From: Marsupella aquatica
Lineage: Eukaryota > Plantae > Marchantiophyta
Direction: 5' to 3'
Assembly: GCA_973895155.1 (NCBI GenBank)
Contig: OZ316893.1
Coordinates: forward strand, 930,860 to 994,859
DNA: 64,000 bases
Below are positions 27,918 through 40,100 of the stretch, one piece after another. Below the pieces are notes generated by a model. The model worked only from the letters and a program-made list of their open reading frames with translations, was not told the DNA's origin and searched no databases. The first letter of the stretch is position 1. Each line of letters opens with the position of its first letter. A program made the position numbers and the translations under genes.

Positions 27918-28510
27918 CACTCCGACTAAGAGCAACACTCTGACTAAGAGCAACACAACACTTTGGGTCCCTCTCTGTGAAGCAATGAAGCTCAATGTGG
28001 CCACATTTTGTACATGCTCGTAGCGTTAGCAATAGTAGTAGTAGTTAGTAGACAAGCAATGTCTACAGTTAGCAATAGCAATAGTAGTAGACAAGCATGT
28101 GGTCCTAACGCTACCACTATGTTCACGCTATATGAGCCTATAAACATTTTGCAATAATATTCGGATTCATTTGAAGCTTCCATTCATTGTGGACCACTTG
28201 TCCCTATTATATTGTGTATGTATACCATACTTCGAAGCAAGGCTTGCACACAAATTGCACACTTGACGTACTTGCAAAACGAGTTTCAAAATTATATCCT
28301 TTGCGTGTTACAAGGACGGCCTCTGCCAACTTCAACGCCTTAAAATACCCTAAGCCCCTTGCCTAGTGGGAAATAGCACGAAGTACATGGGGCCTGGTAG
28401 CTACAGACTATGAGGTAGAGTTCGAGCCTTCAAAATGCTACCTAAACCCTAAGCACACAACAAGCGGTCGGGCGTCATTACTCCTTCGAGTCTCCATTGA
28501 CTGAAATCTT

Positions 28511-28888
28511 TTGGCACTCCGACTTGTCTCCGCCTCTCTTAGAGCAGACCTCGTTGTTATCCACTTCCCCGTCCCATCAACTTGTGTCAAGTTGCTTGAC
28601 GTCTCCTCTGCAAAATCCTCAATCCTGATCGATGACTGGGAGGTGCGCCATACAGGGCTGCATTCCCTCCAATCGTTCCTCCCTCCCAAAAATCGCAGCC
28701 TCTATGTGTATGAGGGCGAGCTTGCTCTCGACCTCCAAGACTTGCACAGCACGAAATGTTGGGTCAAAATTTTCAACATCACCAAAAGTAGTCTGGAAGG
28801 AAAGACGAGGGCCCAATGGCCATGTGGGGAACCCTCGGATTGCAATCCACATGGATGCATCGGTTACCCCCCTCCCAACGTGCCATAG
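28511..28888 (+). other. Possible additional cargo ORF remnant inside the Harbinger element
   Basis: 125 open codons with globular-protein-like composition (DLVVIHFP...LYVYEGELALDL...CWVKIFNIT). No in-frame ATG and no recognised family. Confidence 0.25.
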
Positions 28889-29039
28889 CTTTTGATTCTC
28901 CATTATTCGCTTTCTGCGTACACAAACAATTTGTGTGAGTGAATGAGACGCGAACATACAGTGATCAGACAAACGAGAACCAAAGTAAGAGGAGGGCCCA
29001 TGAAATAAATATGGTGAGTCCACCAGGCGATGAAGATTA

Positions 29040-30471
29040 CCAGTACTCAGCCTACTGCGTTCCGTTGACAAAAATCTGCCTGGGGCTCTATTAAATGCTA
29101 GTGCATGGTCCATGACTTGCACTAGCAAGGCATTCCCTGCCTGTGATGTTGCTTGCCTAGTACTCCTTGGCTGATGTTCATTGTCTGTCGGGTCTGCCTC
29201 GTCCGGCAGTGGTGCCTCCAATTCCTCCATTTGATCAGCTTCAGTCCATTCGTCATTCTTACTTATGACATAATTGTGCAGTTTACAACAAAGGCCTATC
29301 CATCTAACCATCCAAACAGAATCTTTTTTTTATTCAGTTGAACCCTCACCTCCTTCAGTGAATGCCAACGAGATTTAAGAACCCCAATACAGTGTTCATT
29401 GGTCACACGACATTTGGCTACACAGGTGTTAAAATCCTCTCTGTTGGTTGATATATCTGCCCTCTTGAAGGAGCATACTAAATGGGGGCAGGCCTGGTAG
29501 CCAGAGTCACCTAATAAGTACTGCCCCTCCTGGAACAACAAATTTCTTCCAACCTGGTTACAATAATTCCACAAGGGAGACCTCCTTATGCTGGTGAGGT
29601 CACCACAGGATCCAGGCATTCCTGTAAGAATTCATAGACAACGAGGGGTGAGCCAGAAATGCTCACTAGTAAGAGCAGTAAGAATAGTAATGTGGGGATT
29701 AAAATATGAAAAGTAAGTGAAATAGGCATACCTGAGAACATGAAAATGATTTTGTCTGTGGTCACAGACAACCTGAGTGTTGATGGAGTACCGACTCTTC
29801 CTGTCATAATAACATTCTCCGTGCTCCTTTGGCCGTTGAGTCAATGGCATGAGTGACCCATCAATGAGCCGTACACATCCTGGGAAGCCATGTGCTGCAA
29901 ATGCTTCGGAAATGTTACTTCTGTCATTGCTGTTTGGCCAAGCAATTTCTTGAGCTAGGATTGCCTGCAAAGCCACAAAACATCGTTTGCTGAAATTGAC
30001 AAGGCTACCACAACTTACTCCCCAAGTTGGAATCAAGTGGTTAATACAGGCCCCATTACCATCGTGGCCTAGTCTATCCAGACAAACTGCAAGCTGCCTG
30101 ATGATGGGGGCCTGGCTATGATGAGAATGGTTCTCAAATATGGGGTGAGATTCTATTTTGTCAACTAAGCCAAAGAATGTGGTTTTGTCCATCCTGGTAA
30201 GCTGCCTGAATAGTGTATCAGGCAAGTTATGGAAGAACTGGGTAGCAAACTCATTTGACTTGCTGGTGACATGTCTAGGAACAAAGAACCTGATGTTGTA
30301 CATGACAAAGTACAATTCAAACATGGAAGTGGGAGTAGTACTACTAAATTCTTCAAACTCATGCGCATCCCAAGAGTCCTCCGAGTTGGAACTAGAATCC
30401 ATAGGCAGGTCACTGTCTGACAGTGAAATAGTGGACACAGTGCCAAAATCCTTTGCCTCCACATACCCCAC
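29040..30471 (-). pseudogene. HARBI1-like DDE transposase with one intron (29622-29731) and frameshifts near 29750 and 29325; both ends approximate
   Basis: Motifs FRQLTRMDKTTF, GFPGCVRLIDGSL, YYDRKSRYSINTQVVCD, GMPGSCGD (restored by the GT-AG intron), YLLGDSGY, FNTCVAKCRVTNEHCIGVLKSRW and CCKLHNYVI. Confidence 0.9.
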
Positions 30472-31094
30472 TGATACATCAAGTGAGTCTGCATCAGATG
30501 AACTATATGGTCTGCTAGGTCACCGTGAATTGTATGTTGACGAAGGATCTGATGATGACGAGGTGCCTCAATCCAAAGTGCCAACTCAAGATCCCCTGGA
30601 TTATAACAATCTGCATAAGTTCAAACTTTAAATCCCTCAAATCCTCAATTCTTGAATTCTTGAATTCTGCAAATTTACATCTTCTACAATGTGGGAGCGC
30701 AAGTTATTTAGGCCTTTCAATTGTATGTTGCAGGTGATGAAATTTTTTTGATTTTTCTCAAACTCTATCGGACGATGACGTTGATGCCTCTGATGCTGCT
30801 GCAGGCTTCAACAACAATGCCTCATTGCTGTCAATTGTTTCTGGCGCTGTGAGACATGAGGCATAGTTGAGGTAGCAGAGTTCTGGAAAATGTATAACAT
30901 GTGGGCCAGAACGTTCAGTCATACTCATTAAACCTGATTGAAAATTCACTGCAATTAAATGAAAGCAGATATTCTTCGTCTACTGAACAATATATGACTC
31001 AATTGTATGCAACGAGAGTTAAACAATTTGGGCACAAATGTGCTTTACAATTCAGAATTGTGACTGAGTACATATTGAAAACAAGATATCCCAT

Positions 31095-31733
31095 CTAGTC
31101 GTCTAGGTCAGTATCTTTCAGAGCCTCTATCAAGTTAGCCAGAATGTTTTTGGCACTCTTAGGCTTCGTGGTAGTGCATTCCCGAAATTCAAACCGTTTT
31201 GGTGGCTAGGTGATCGAGTTGCCTATGCTTTTACCTAACTGGACCCCAGGGTTGCTTGTACATCCTTCATGAACAAATGCCAGGCGTACAATGTGCAGCT
31301 CCAGGTCCTTAACTGAAAGCCAGACTTGCAGTTTAGGACATTTTTGCAAGACCTTCTGGACTGTGACTAACTGTTGAGCTTCATCTAACAAGCTGAATGG
31401 CCTTGGCTGGATATTGAGAAGCACAGTTGCCTGATCCCAGATTAGAGCTTTCAGTGGCGGGATCCCACCGTTAACAACATCAAACAAAATCAATTGGAAT
31501 CAAAATTTGAGCTCTCCAGGGGCGGAATGCCCACATTTGTGACCAAATTCCAGGGACCTCTTACAAGCTACGCCAGGCTCCATGGGCTCAGTGCATGCTG
31601 AATAGGTGAACTTCCTTGGGAATGGGCTTCGTGCCACATAGTTCCCTGCCCAGACTAGGGAGGGCGAAAATGACTCGGTTTTGCCACATTGTCTAGCGTA
31701 CTCCACCTGCGAAAGGGAAGTCCAATCCCCCAT
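31095..31733 (-). pseudogene. RPA70 C-terminal-like OB-fold/Zn-ribbon gene inside the Harbinger element, with two in-frame premature stops
   Basis: ORFs 31500-31793 and 31206-31493 share a frame: MGDWTSLSQV...KFTYSACTEPMEPGVACKRSL...KCGH...LKF*FQLILFD...LKALIWDQATVLL...VWLSVKDLELHIVRLAF. This follows the RPA1 DBD-C pattern Y-x-AC..C-x-K..C..(K)YRxxLxxxD..VTxFxxxAExL. The frame stays open past the TAG at 31206-31208 to a TAG at 31095-31097. Confidence 0.6.
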
Positions 31734-34682
31734 TGCCTGGAATGGCAGCGTCAAACAAATGATCCATGACGACAATGCATATACAAATAACATTCTTTGC
31801 TGAAAAAATTAAGGACTACCTTGGAATATCAGCGCATTCTGAAGCCACTGTAAAGCACAGCAGCCCTCTCATGCCGTGCGCCCTGATTCACTCCCTGATG
31901 GAGCCGACAACGCAGCGATGTGTGAGTCTATGCTCGGTTGGAACGTGCGCGGAGCTTCGCTGATTCGAATTCCTGCAGTGTGAAAAGGTCGAGGCCGCTG
32001 ACTCGACGACTACTCTGCACCGCGGATCGTTTGTAAACCCTATACATTTAACCAGGGTTAATCGCGGTCGGGCGGGGGTTTCAGTGGCAATTTCCCAGGC
32101 GTGACTGGTCGGGCACCAATTGTGGTGCCCGACCAGTCATGTCCGGAGTTCCGGGCAGCGATACTCCCGGGCGCTGACATGTCCCGAAACAGGCCATATA
32201 TGAGACGCCCTAGTTTATAGCCTGCCCCATTTTCAGAAAATTCCATGGCCAAAGAAACTTAGAGAACAAATGAGAAGGATATCATGGATTCATTTCAAAA
32301 GCTAGTTTGTGTATGGACCAAGTAAAACTCTTTTTGGCTGGATTGAATATTATAGAGGCTAAGATACGATTAAGAAACTGAGAGAATAAATTTCGAAACT
32401 TATGATGGATTCCCTCCAAAAGCTAGACTGTAAACAAAGGAGTAACTGTCTCTGTTTTGGCAGCATTGGAAATTATTGTGGTTGATCTATGTTTGGTTAG
32501 AGTAAAGGCCCAAATAATTGTCCTACCAACTAAGCCTAGGAAAAGCATACACTGGGACAGGATTATAAGACTTCTCCTCTCTAACTTACGAATTCCTGGT
32601 CTTTGAGAAATAATTGGCCGTGGTAGGTGTGAACTTTGAGTCCCCACCTTCCCCATCTAAGGAAAATACAACTCAAGTTGAAAAACATCGAGAAAATGAT
32701 GGTCAACATTCATTTCTCTTTGTAAGTTTTCGCACCTGCAATCGATCCGAAGCCAATCAACAATGCGTTCTTGACTTTTCGGCGATGGGAAGTCTTCCTA
32801 AAGGAGTTTGGACAGGAATGTACCAATGAGAGAGAAGCGGAATTGATGCTCTAATAAATATAGTGAAAATAATCACACGAATGATTACGGGCTAGTATTC
32901 GCACTGCTGCGATCAAACCTGTGGGATATATAGCATTGCTTCTTGTTCGGTGCTCCATGAGATATCATGCATAACTCGACTCCCGATGACGATGCTCTTC
33001 GAGAACCGATTCGGATTTCCATTAGACCTCCGCAGCTGCTTGCTGGGTAGTGAAGACCGCGAAGTTACAATGCAGCTATTGTACGTAGAGCCTTAAGATT
33101 GTCATGGCTGAAGTTTCAAGACTTTAAAACGGTATGTTCCACTCCCCAGATAAGCTTCTCTAGCTGCTTCACTTTTGTTCGTTTGGTGACCATCGACAAC
33201 CAGATGTGAGCAATCCGACGTTTTGCAACTCCATCAGTAAGTAAGAAGACAATTGCTTGCGTTCCTCCGATAGTTGTTCAATTCGTAAGTGGCTCCTCCC
33301 GTGAGTAGCGAACTACCTACCTTCAAGGTAACCGAGAACTCTGACTCTGACTCTTAGGTAGTCCATCCAATCATGTAAGGCTACCAGTAAACAAGAGTTC
33401 AATTATTCTCTTGGGAGCTTGATCACATCGTTTAGGGTGCCATCCGATCCAGCCACCGACCTTGTTACCTCGCATGAGGAAACCTACAAGCTCGCAGCCT
33501 CGATCCACATGACTGCGGAGTCCGATTTCAGTTGAAGATTGCATTCCGATGGCTTTCCGAAATAGCCAGTGGGGATTATAGATTCTATAAATCACCTTCG
33601 AGGTGATCTAAAGAAATCTGTAATAATTGGCTTTACCGGCATAAAATAGCCATAGAGAGGCTAGATCGAACGTCCTTGTAGCTAGGTTCAATGGCGCAGC
33701 CTAAGCAAGTCTGTCAACAGTGTCCTCAGATTCATCCAGTAAGTGTAGCTCGTCAACTAATGTCTGCGTAATTAAAATCGATCTACAGCTGAATTTTTCT
33801 TGAAAATGGTTGTTTCGAAGTACTTCCAACTCTTTATGTCTTATAATGCAAGGAATGTACAATACTGGGACAAAGTGAAGAATTACTGGCGATAAAGCTG
33901 AGGTAATATGTAGAAGGTTTTATAAATGTCGAGTGGACCTTCGAGATGGGTGGCTCGATCTCGTGGAATTTTCTCACTTAGCTTCGCGACTATGCAGATC
34001 GAGCATCTAACTTAGCAGCAATAAAACTCAGTATTATAACAGACTTCAGCGTCTATGCAGGATGCAGGAGTTCAGTCAACTAGACGGGCGAGGCTAGCTA
34101 GAGGACCAACATCCTGATCAAGAAAGCAAGAAAGGCTCACGATAGAGAGCACGGATACTCTGCTTACTCGTCGTCGATTTGAGAGGTGTTGCACAATATT
34201 CATGCATGAAACGGCTGGCTGCATTATCGAGGTTTTTGTTTCGTGCGCACGTGAAAGATTAGTTGCCCTGAATAACAGCGTATGGATCGACTCGACGTAG
34301 GCAAATGTTGGACAGCTTAATTGCTTGGAATATCGAACTGCAAGTATATGAATTTGCTTGAATTAGACCAAGTTTTGTAGCGAGAAGTGTAACTTCACTT
34401 ACACTTATAAAGACATCTTAGTCGCCGATTGAATCTAGTTTGAACATGGAACTTTAAGTAGACCAGCTAAAGCACCAGCTAATCCGAACCTGTTCAAGGA
34501 TTAGCTGTTTCCACTATCTCCGCTGGACATTACCGGCAAAGTTGTATTGCCCTCTGCATCTCATGTGCTTAAGATATCTAGCTGGAGCGCTTCTTCAACG
34601 TTGGGGTCCGCAGTTCAATTTTTGCCCTTTTCACCATTGGATTCTGAACGAACCAATGCTAACAATGCTGACTAGATTGACT

Positions 34683-35636
34683 ATGGATCCGGAGGCAGTG
34701 CAGGATCCAATAGAAACACCCACGCCAGCTCCTGAAACCATGATGATGGAGCGCAGCTCGTCAGAAGCAGGCAGCAACTCCAGCCTCAGTACAAATTATT
34801 TCACAAAGAGATCAGGAAGTGCAGCTTCGTCTCGTTCCGGATCCGGTGCCTCGACATCTCGCTCTCCTCCTGATCAGGAAGTTGCTGCCCTCTTACTTTC
34901 TGGGGCATCCCCTTCGTTTGGCCAGAGCCAAGGGCAAGAACACGCTGAAGATGATCAGTCCTCATACAAAATTTTGGTGCAGAGTCCTGAAAAGGATAAT
35001 GACAACACTCTCGTCACGAAAGCGGACACTACTGGTGCCTCTGAACATCCACAAGACGAGACGAAAGTCATTCAGGAGCTGCAGAAAAGTTCCGATACGA
35101 TTGTCAAAGAATTTCGACATACGGAGTCTATAATGATTAAGGAGGCTGAGCAGGTAGCCGAATCAGCCTGCAGCTGCTGCAGACCGTGTTCAGCGTGCTG
35201 TAGGTCCGTTGGAACATGGGGATTTTGTGGGGATGTCGCTGCAGTTCTTTGCTGCCCATTCACTGTCATTAGTCTACTATCGTGCATATGCTTTAAATGC
35301 CCCAAAATGTTTGCGACCAAGACTGCGGAAAAGGTGAAGACTATTAAGTCCAGGGGGAAAGGGGAGGAGAATCATATTAATAGGGAGGAATCCGAATTCC
35401 TGGAATCGACAAGCACTACAGCAAGAGAAGTTGTTAAGCAAAAGGAGGGCCATTGTGAGTGTCACCATGACCATGAGGAGAAGCCAGAAGTAATTGCGTT
35501 AACCACAGCAAGCAAAGCTCCGGAATCGCATGCGGAGAAAAAGGACTGGCCTGTCGGCGCTCACAAAAATTATTTCTTTCCCAGTCCCGGGGTCGAAGAT
35601 GATCGCCCTGGCAGCGATAAATCAGGTGGTCGATAA
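34683..35636 (+). CDS. Single-exon plant protein with a Ser-rich N-terminus and a central Cys-rich hydrophobic motif (uncharacterised 'AAVxCCP' family)
   Basis: 364-codon ORF; likely ATG at 34683, with alternative ATGs just upstream. GDVAAVLCCPFTVISLLSCICFKCP resembles the motif AECAAVCCCPCxVVNLLxLAxxKVP of uncharacterised angiosperm proteins, recalled from memory. Confidence 0.7.
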   Translation: MDPEAVQDPIETPTPAPETMMMERSSSEAGSNSSLSTNYFTKRSGSAASSRSGSGASTSRSPPDQEVAALLLSGASPSFGQSQGQEHAEDDQSSYKILVQSPEKDNDNTLVTKADTTGASEHPQDETKVIQELQKSSDTIVKEFRHTESIMIKEAEQVAESACSCCRPCSACCRSVGTWGFCGDVAAVLCCPFTVISLLSCICFKCPKMFATKTAEKVKTIKSRGKGEENHINREESEFLESTSTTAREVVKQKEGHCECHHDHEEKPEVIALTTASKAPESHAEKKDWPVGAHKNYFFPSPGVEDDRPGSDKSGGR

Positions 35637-37193
35637 CGATACCGAGTATACCAGCATCAGTGGCTCTCGAAAGAGCCGAAGCCACTTACTGTCCGCCACG
35701 CTCCAAGTCGGGTAGCACTGGCCTGATATCCTCTGGTTCATTGCTTTATCAGGCAGTAGAGAATACGCAGATGTAACAATTGATCTGTAGTCGGGCCGAA
35801 ATTTGATAGTTCAATGATCTACAGCAGATTTGAGATTTCTTGCAGCAGTCACTCCTTAATGTGTCTGCAGTCCTTTGCCTAGTTTCCTTAGTCCGAACGA
35901 GCTTGTTTGTTATTTGCTTAGTATGTCGGTAGTCAGATCATGATCGGGCTGGGGTCAGCGTTGAACAGTTCGTAGTTGCCGACTGCAGTTATGATACTTA
36001 GCTAAGATGAGACTGAAGGAATTTGGTCATTCCGAGGAACCATATGTCTATCATGATGGCTTCGTGCAAATACAGGCACTACTGTAGCTATGTTTGTATC
36101 TCGTTTTAATTTGCTGCTAACAAAAGCTCAATATCTTCCATTCATTATCAATATTTGGAACGGTTTTCTGAGATGAACCAGGAACGCTAATAAGAAAGAC
36201 CTCAAACCCTGAACCCGCACAATGCCAATCCAAGGCAGGTTGAACCCTCTTGGACACGTCCTGCAGCCTGCTCTTTTTTTTCTCCAAATATCGATGTAAA
36301 ACAGTCGTCTGCAAACAATTGAGTTTAAATCTGCAATCAGTAAAGGTGCAAAATTTCTGTCTCCCTTCGATATTGTGTTATTATTTCTTACTTGCTTTTA
36401 ATCGAGTATCATCGTCATTTGGTAGACCCGTCACTCCAAACAACGAAACAACAGAATCAATTTTAGGGAATGCTTTTAAGGAAACGTATGGGTTGTGTCA
36501 CATAATCCATTTTCATTGACGTACCAAACCAGTGGCTTAAAAGAAAAAATAAGGACAGAGCGCCACTGAAGACGAAATTACAAACGAGGGCTTCCATTGT
36601 TTTATGCTGCCTTGCCAAGACTGGCATTTCAATTAATTTATCAAATTTCTTCAATTTTCTCCTGTCTTTGGTTCATTTTCGGCGAGGAAGCAAGCACGGG
36701 ATTTCATTTCCCGTGCTGTTGAAATTTTGACGAGATGAAAGGTCCAAGACCATCAGATAAAGTTTAGATACAAAACAACACATCAGGTATGAAATAGATC
36801 CAAAGGAATGGAAGCAAAGTTATTACTAGAATAGTACCTGGGGCTTAAATTTTGATTACATTTCCAGGACCTTGCTTTGAAAAGAGAATTCTTGAGAATA
36901 CGGTTCTTGCATCCAGCAAAACTAACTTAAACTAGTATCATGAGGCAAGAACAGGTTGATTGTAGGGAAGCTCTATATGTCCTCCAGGAGCAATACTATT
37001 TTTCGGCCCCATCAAATTGCTGAACTTGATCTAGGGGTTCCCCCGACTCCACAAACCGAAAATCTTGCTAAACCGATATTCAATTTGAACTAATCTAAGC
37101 TGTCATTAAACCTAGTCCCTCAAAATCTCATTAGTGTTCCGAGACCTCTACAACCAGTCTAGGACGCTAACTCACTCGAAATTATCATTACAC

Positions 37194-40100
37194 CTAGCCA
37201 CTCAAAATCTTATGAGTATTTGAGTGCTCTTCAACCCATTCTAGGAGGCTAGAACAAGCCCCATCCTCTGTAAATATTCTGCAAAACAGGAGATAATTAA
37301 GGCATACGCAGCAAGGATTATATTTCAAGTACACTGTACGGTTTGCCTCCACACAATTGGGCCCGGATATTTTTCAGACCAGAGAAAAATGCTGAATACA
37401 AAAGGAACTTCATAACAGTCGAATCAGGCATTACACAAACTTCAGGGCAAAAGGTTGCAATTTACCTATTCCTGGTTACATAGGTCTTCAGGGCTTTCAC
37501 TTCCTTGACCATTGTGGTCTTTTGTTCAGTTTCCCACGCTGAAGGTCCTGAAGGTCCATGTAAACTGCAGTAGTCACTCATCAATGAGGCCACAATATTC
37601 TCCTGCAGGGACAAAGAGTTTCAGGATCACTAGCATACCCAGATCCCAGATCTTATCACTAGATAGGCATCGTATATGAGATTAGCATTTGATATTCAGG
37701 TGAATTTTGACATCAGAAGAGTTCTAAAACTAGGCCTTGGTTATTACTGCAGGGAGAGAAGCGTTGAGCCACCGAAATTTGTCTTCGTCTCGAAACCAAC
37801 AGATCTGTCGTTTGGCATAATTCCTGTTGTAAACCAGAGAGAACACTTGATCAATTTTGACGGAACCATCATTAATAATCCAGTTACTGTAGCCAAAAAG
37901 GATTTCAAACTAACAATGGAAGGGTCATGATCTTAACCTGGACGCCTTCTGAAAACCTGAAAGAAACGCCAAAAATTCTTTAGGTGAGCTTACACCACCC
38001 GCTGATCTGCATGTCACCAAATACTCCATCGCCTGCATATTCCAGGTTACAATTGAGCAAGACTCCTGACTGGACAAAGACAAGGACGATAGATATATGA
38101 GGAGAAGTAAACCATGGTTTCAACAACCCAGTCAGGTGCCGCAGCACTGAAGTGGATTGAGGTAGCAAGCGCTCCTTCCAGATATTATTAGACTTCAACT
38201 TTTCTGTAACAGGACATCTAATCTAACATCCGTGTCCAAGGATAAATCCAAATCATCTCAGCAGAGAAGTCCCTATAATTTTCTTGAAATAAAATTTCTG
38301 AAGCCGCATAGAGTTGAAAGAGGCTTGAATCTTACTTGGCGGTATCCAATGGCTCGAGAGGACGGGCTCGAGTTGGGCACAATCCCAGCGTCAAGGAGCG
38401 ATGAAGCTTCCTGCAACAAGCCTTCTGTATATGAGATGAGAAAGCAATGATCAGAATTTATCAGTACACTTTGGAGCCCAACATAAAGCGATCGTCTCCT
38501 AAACCTTCATCAGGACTAAACCAGGTCATCTGACATTGCACTCTATACTTATTCTGCATCATCACGGTATCTATGATTACCTGCAAGCATCTGCTCACAC
38601 CGCAGATCAATGCGCCGGTACAAGTCCGATCTATTTGTGTATAAAAAGTAACAACGAAAGTCATAATCCACCTGAGGCAGAGTTCTTTCTATTTCGTTTG
38701 CGTCATTAGTTTCGTCTGAAGACACCAATTCTGTTGTCGTCATCCAAGGGAGTGGAAATGAGGCTCGCGGTTTTCCAGTTATCTGTCAATCACAAAAATG
38801 AGGCACATTTGTCAAATATATCGATGCATAGCTTAGAAAAGACATTTGTAAATCCTCTGCTGCCACGAATTTATAGATAATGCATATTTGACTAATACCT
38901 TCAAAATTTCAAGAGAACGACGAAGGCGGTACCAGTCATTGCGAGCAATGCTTTGGGCTGATTCTACATCACCCGCATCAGCCAGATGCTTGACTGCAGC
39001 ATCCCATCCCCCGGTGATGCCTTTCATCTCCACATCAACGGCATCTGCCTGTTCTTTGGTAGCCTTTGGAGTATTAGGTCTTCCATTCAAGTACCTTTTT
39101 CAAACAGACAATGAACATCTTACTTGCGGCTCTTATGACCATTAAAACCTCCTACAGTTTTCCTAACAATATGTGGGCAAATATACCTGTGAATCACAAT
39201 GGTGTTGGTTATCACCAAGCAACAAGGGTTGGAATTTTAGAAAAACATTCTACAGAACTACACAACAATGTAATTGCTATAGAAGTTATCATAAATTAAT
39301 GCACAATTATGGACATTTTCGATTCGATCAAAATATTGCATACAAAATTTACATCCGAAACAAATGATAACTGATCACTGCACCAAATAGACTAATGGCT
39401 TTGCAGCTTGACACTTCAACATTTTTTCTTCGTGTGCTAGACATAACAAAGTGATTTCGTCCCAACTTAATACCATTGTAAGAGGTAACGATGTTGACGT
39501 CTTTTTCTTACTTCACATCCTAACTTTTCCTAGAAATGAAAGGTCATGCAATGCCTCAAGCTTCGCACCAGAGTAAGTACAGACCCGTCCCTCCAACAAC
39601 AATCGGTACACGTCCCTTTGCAAGAACAGTATCTGTGGCCTCCCTTGCATCCTTGAAAAAGTCCCCAACACTGTATTCTGCAGGGTTTATTCATAGAGAG
39701 TATCTTCTGTTTAGCCAAAGGACAACTACACCAACATCTTCCTTAGAGATGCAAGACAGTCAAAATTGTATGCCGAGCTTGTCAGATTCAAGAACCATTA
39801 GAATTTAAGTACAAAGGTTAGCTTCGTCACTCTGGGTACAGGGTATGGACTACCTTCAGTGGGCTGGATGATATCCAGCAAGTGGTGAGGAACATCCTGT
39901 ATGAAGCATCAGAAAGAAACCATCACACAAACAGCTGTTCAGGAAAAAGTAATAATGCCGGGTAGCAAGACAATTAAACGAAACCATTGAAAAGAACGAC
40001 TAGGATTCTTCTCTTAGATTCAACTTTGCGGCAATGCTGCTGAGAGACTACGATTATATGTGACTAACACCATCACACTTTCTAATGGTGTCGTACATTG

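Larger units (their letters stand above)
26140..32211. mobile_element. PIF/Harbinger-type DNA transposon, 6072 bp, multi-ORF and decaying
   Basis: TIRs AGGGCGTCTCACATATG (26140-26156) and CATATATGAGACGCCCT (32195-32211), 16/17 match. 3-bp TSD AGT at 26137-26139 and 32212-32214. Joining the flanks restores ATATTTGCTTTAGTTTATAGCCTGCCCC, matching the uninterrupted paralog at ~25954-25981. Contains a HARBI1-like transposase and a Myb-like ORF. Confidence 0.93.

Noticed and set aside
30158-30631. 157-aa plus-strand ORF inside the Harbinger element
   Set aside because: Antisense to the Ser/Asp-rich N-terminal part of the transposase.
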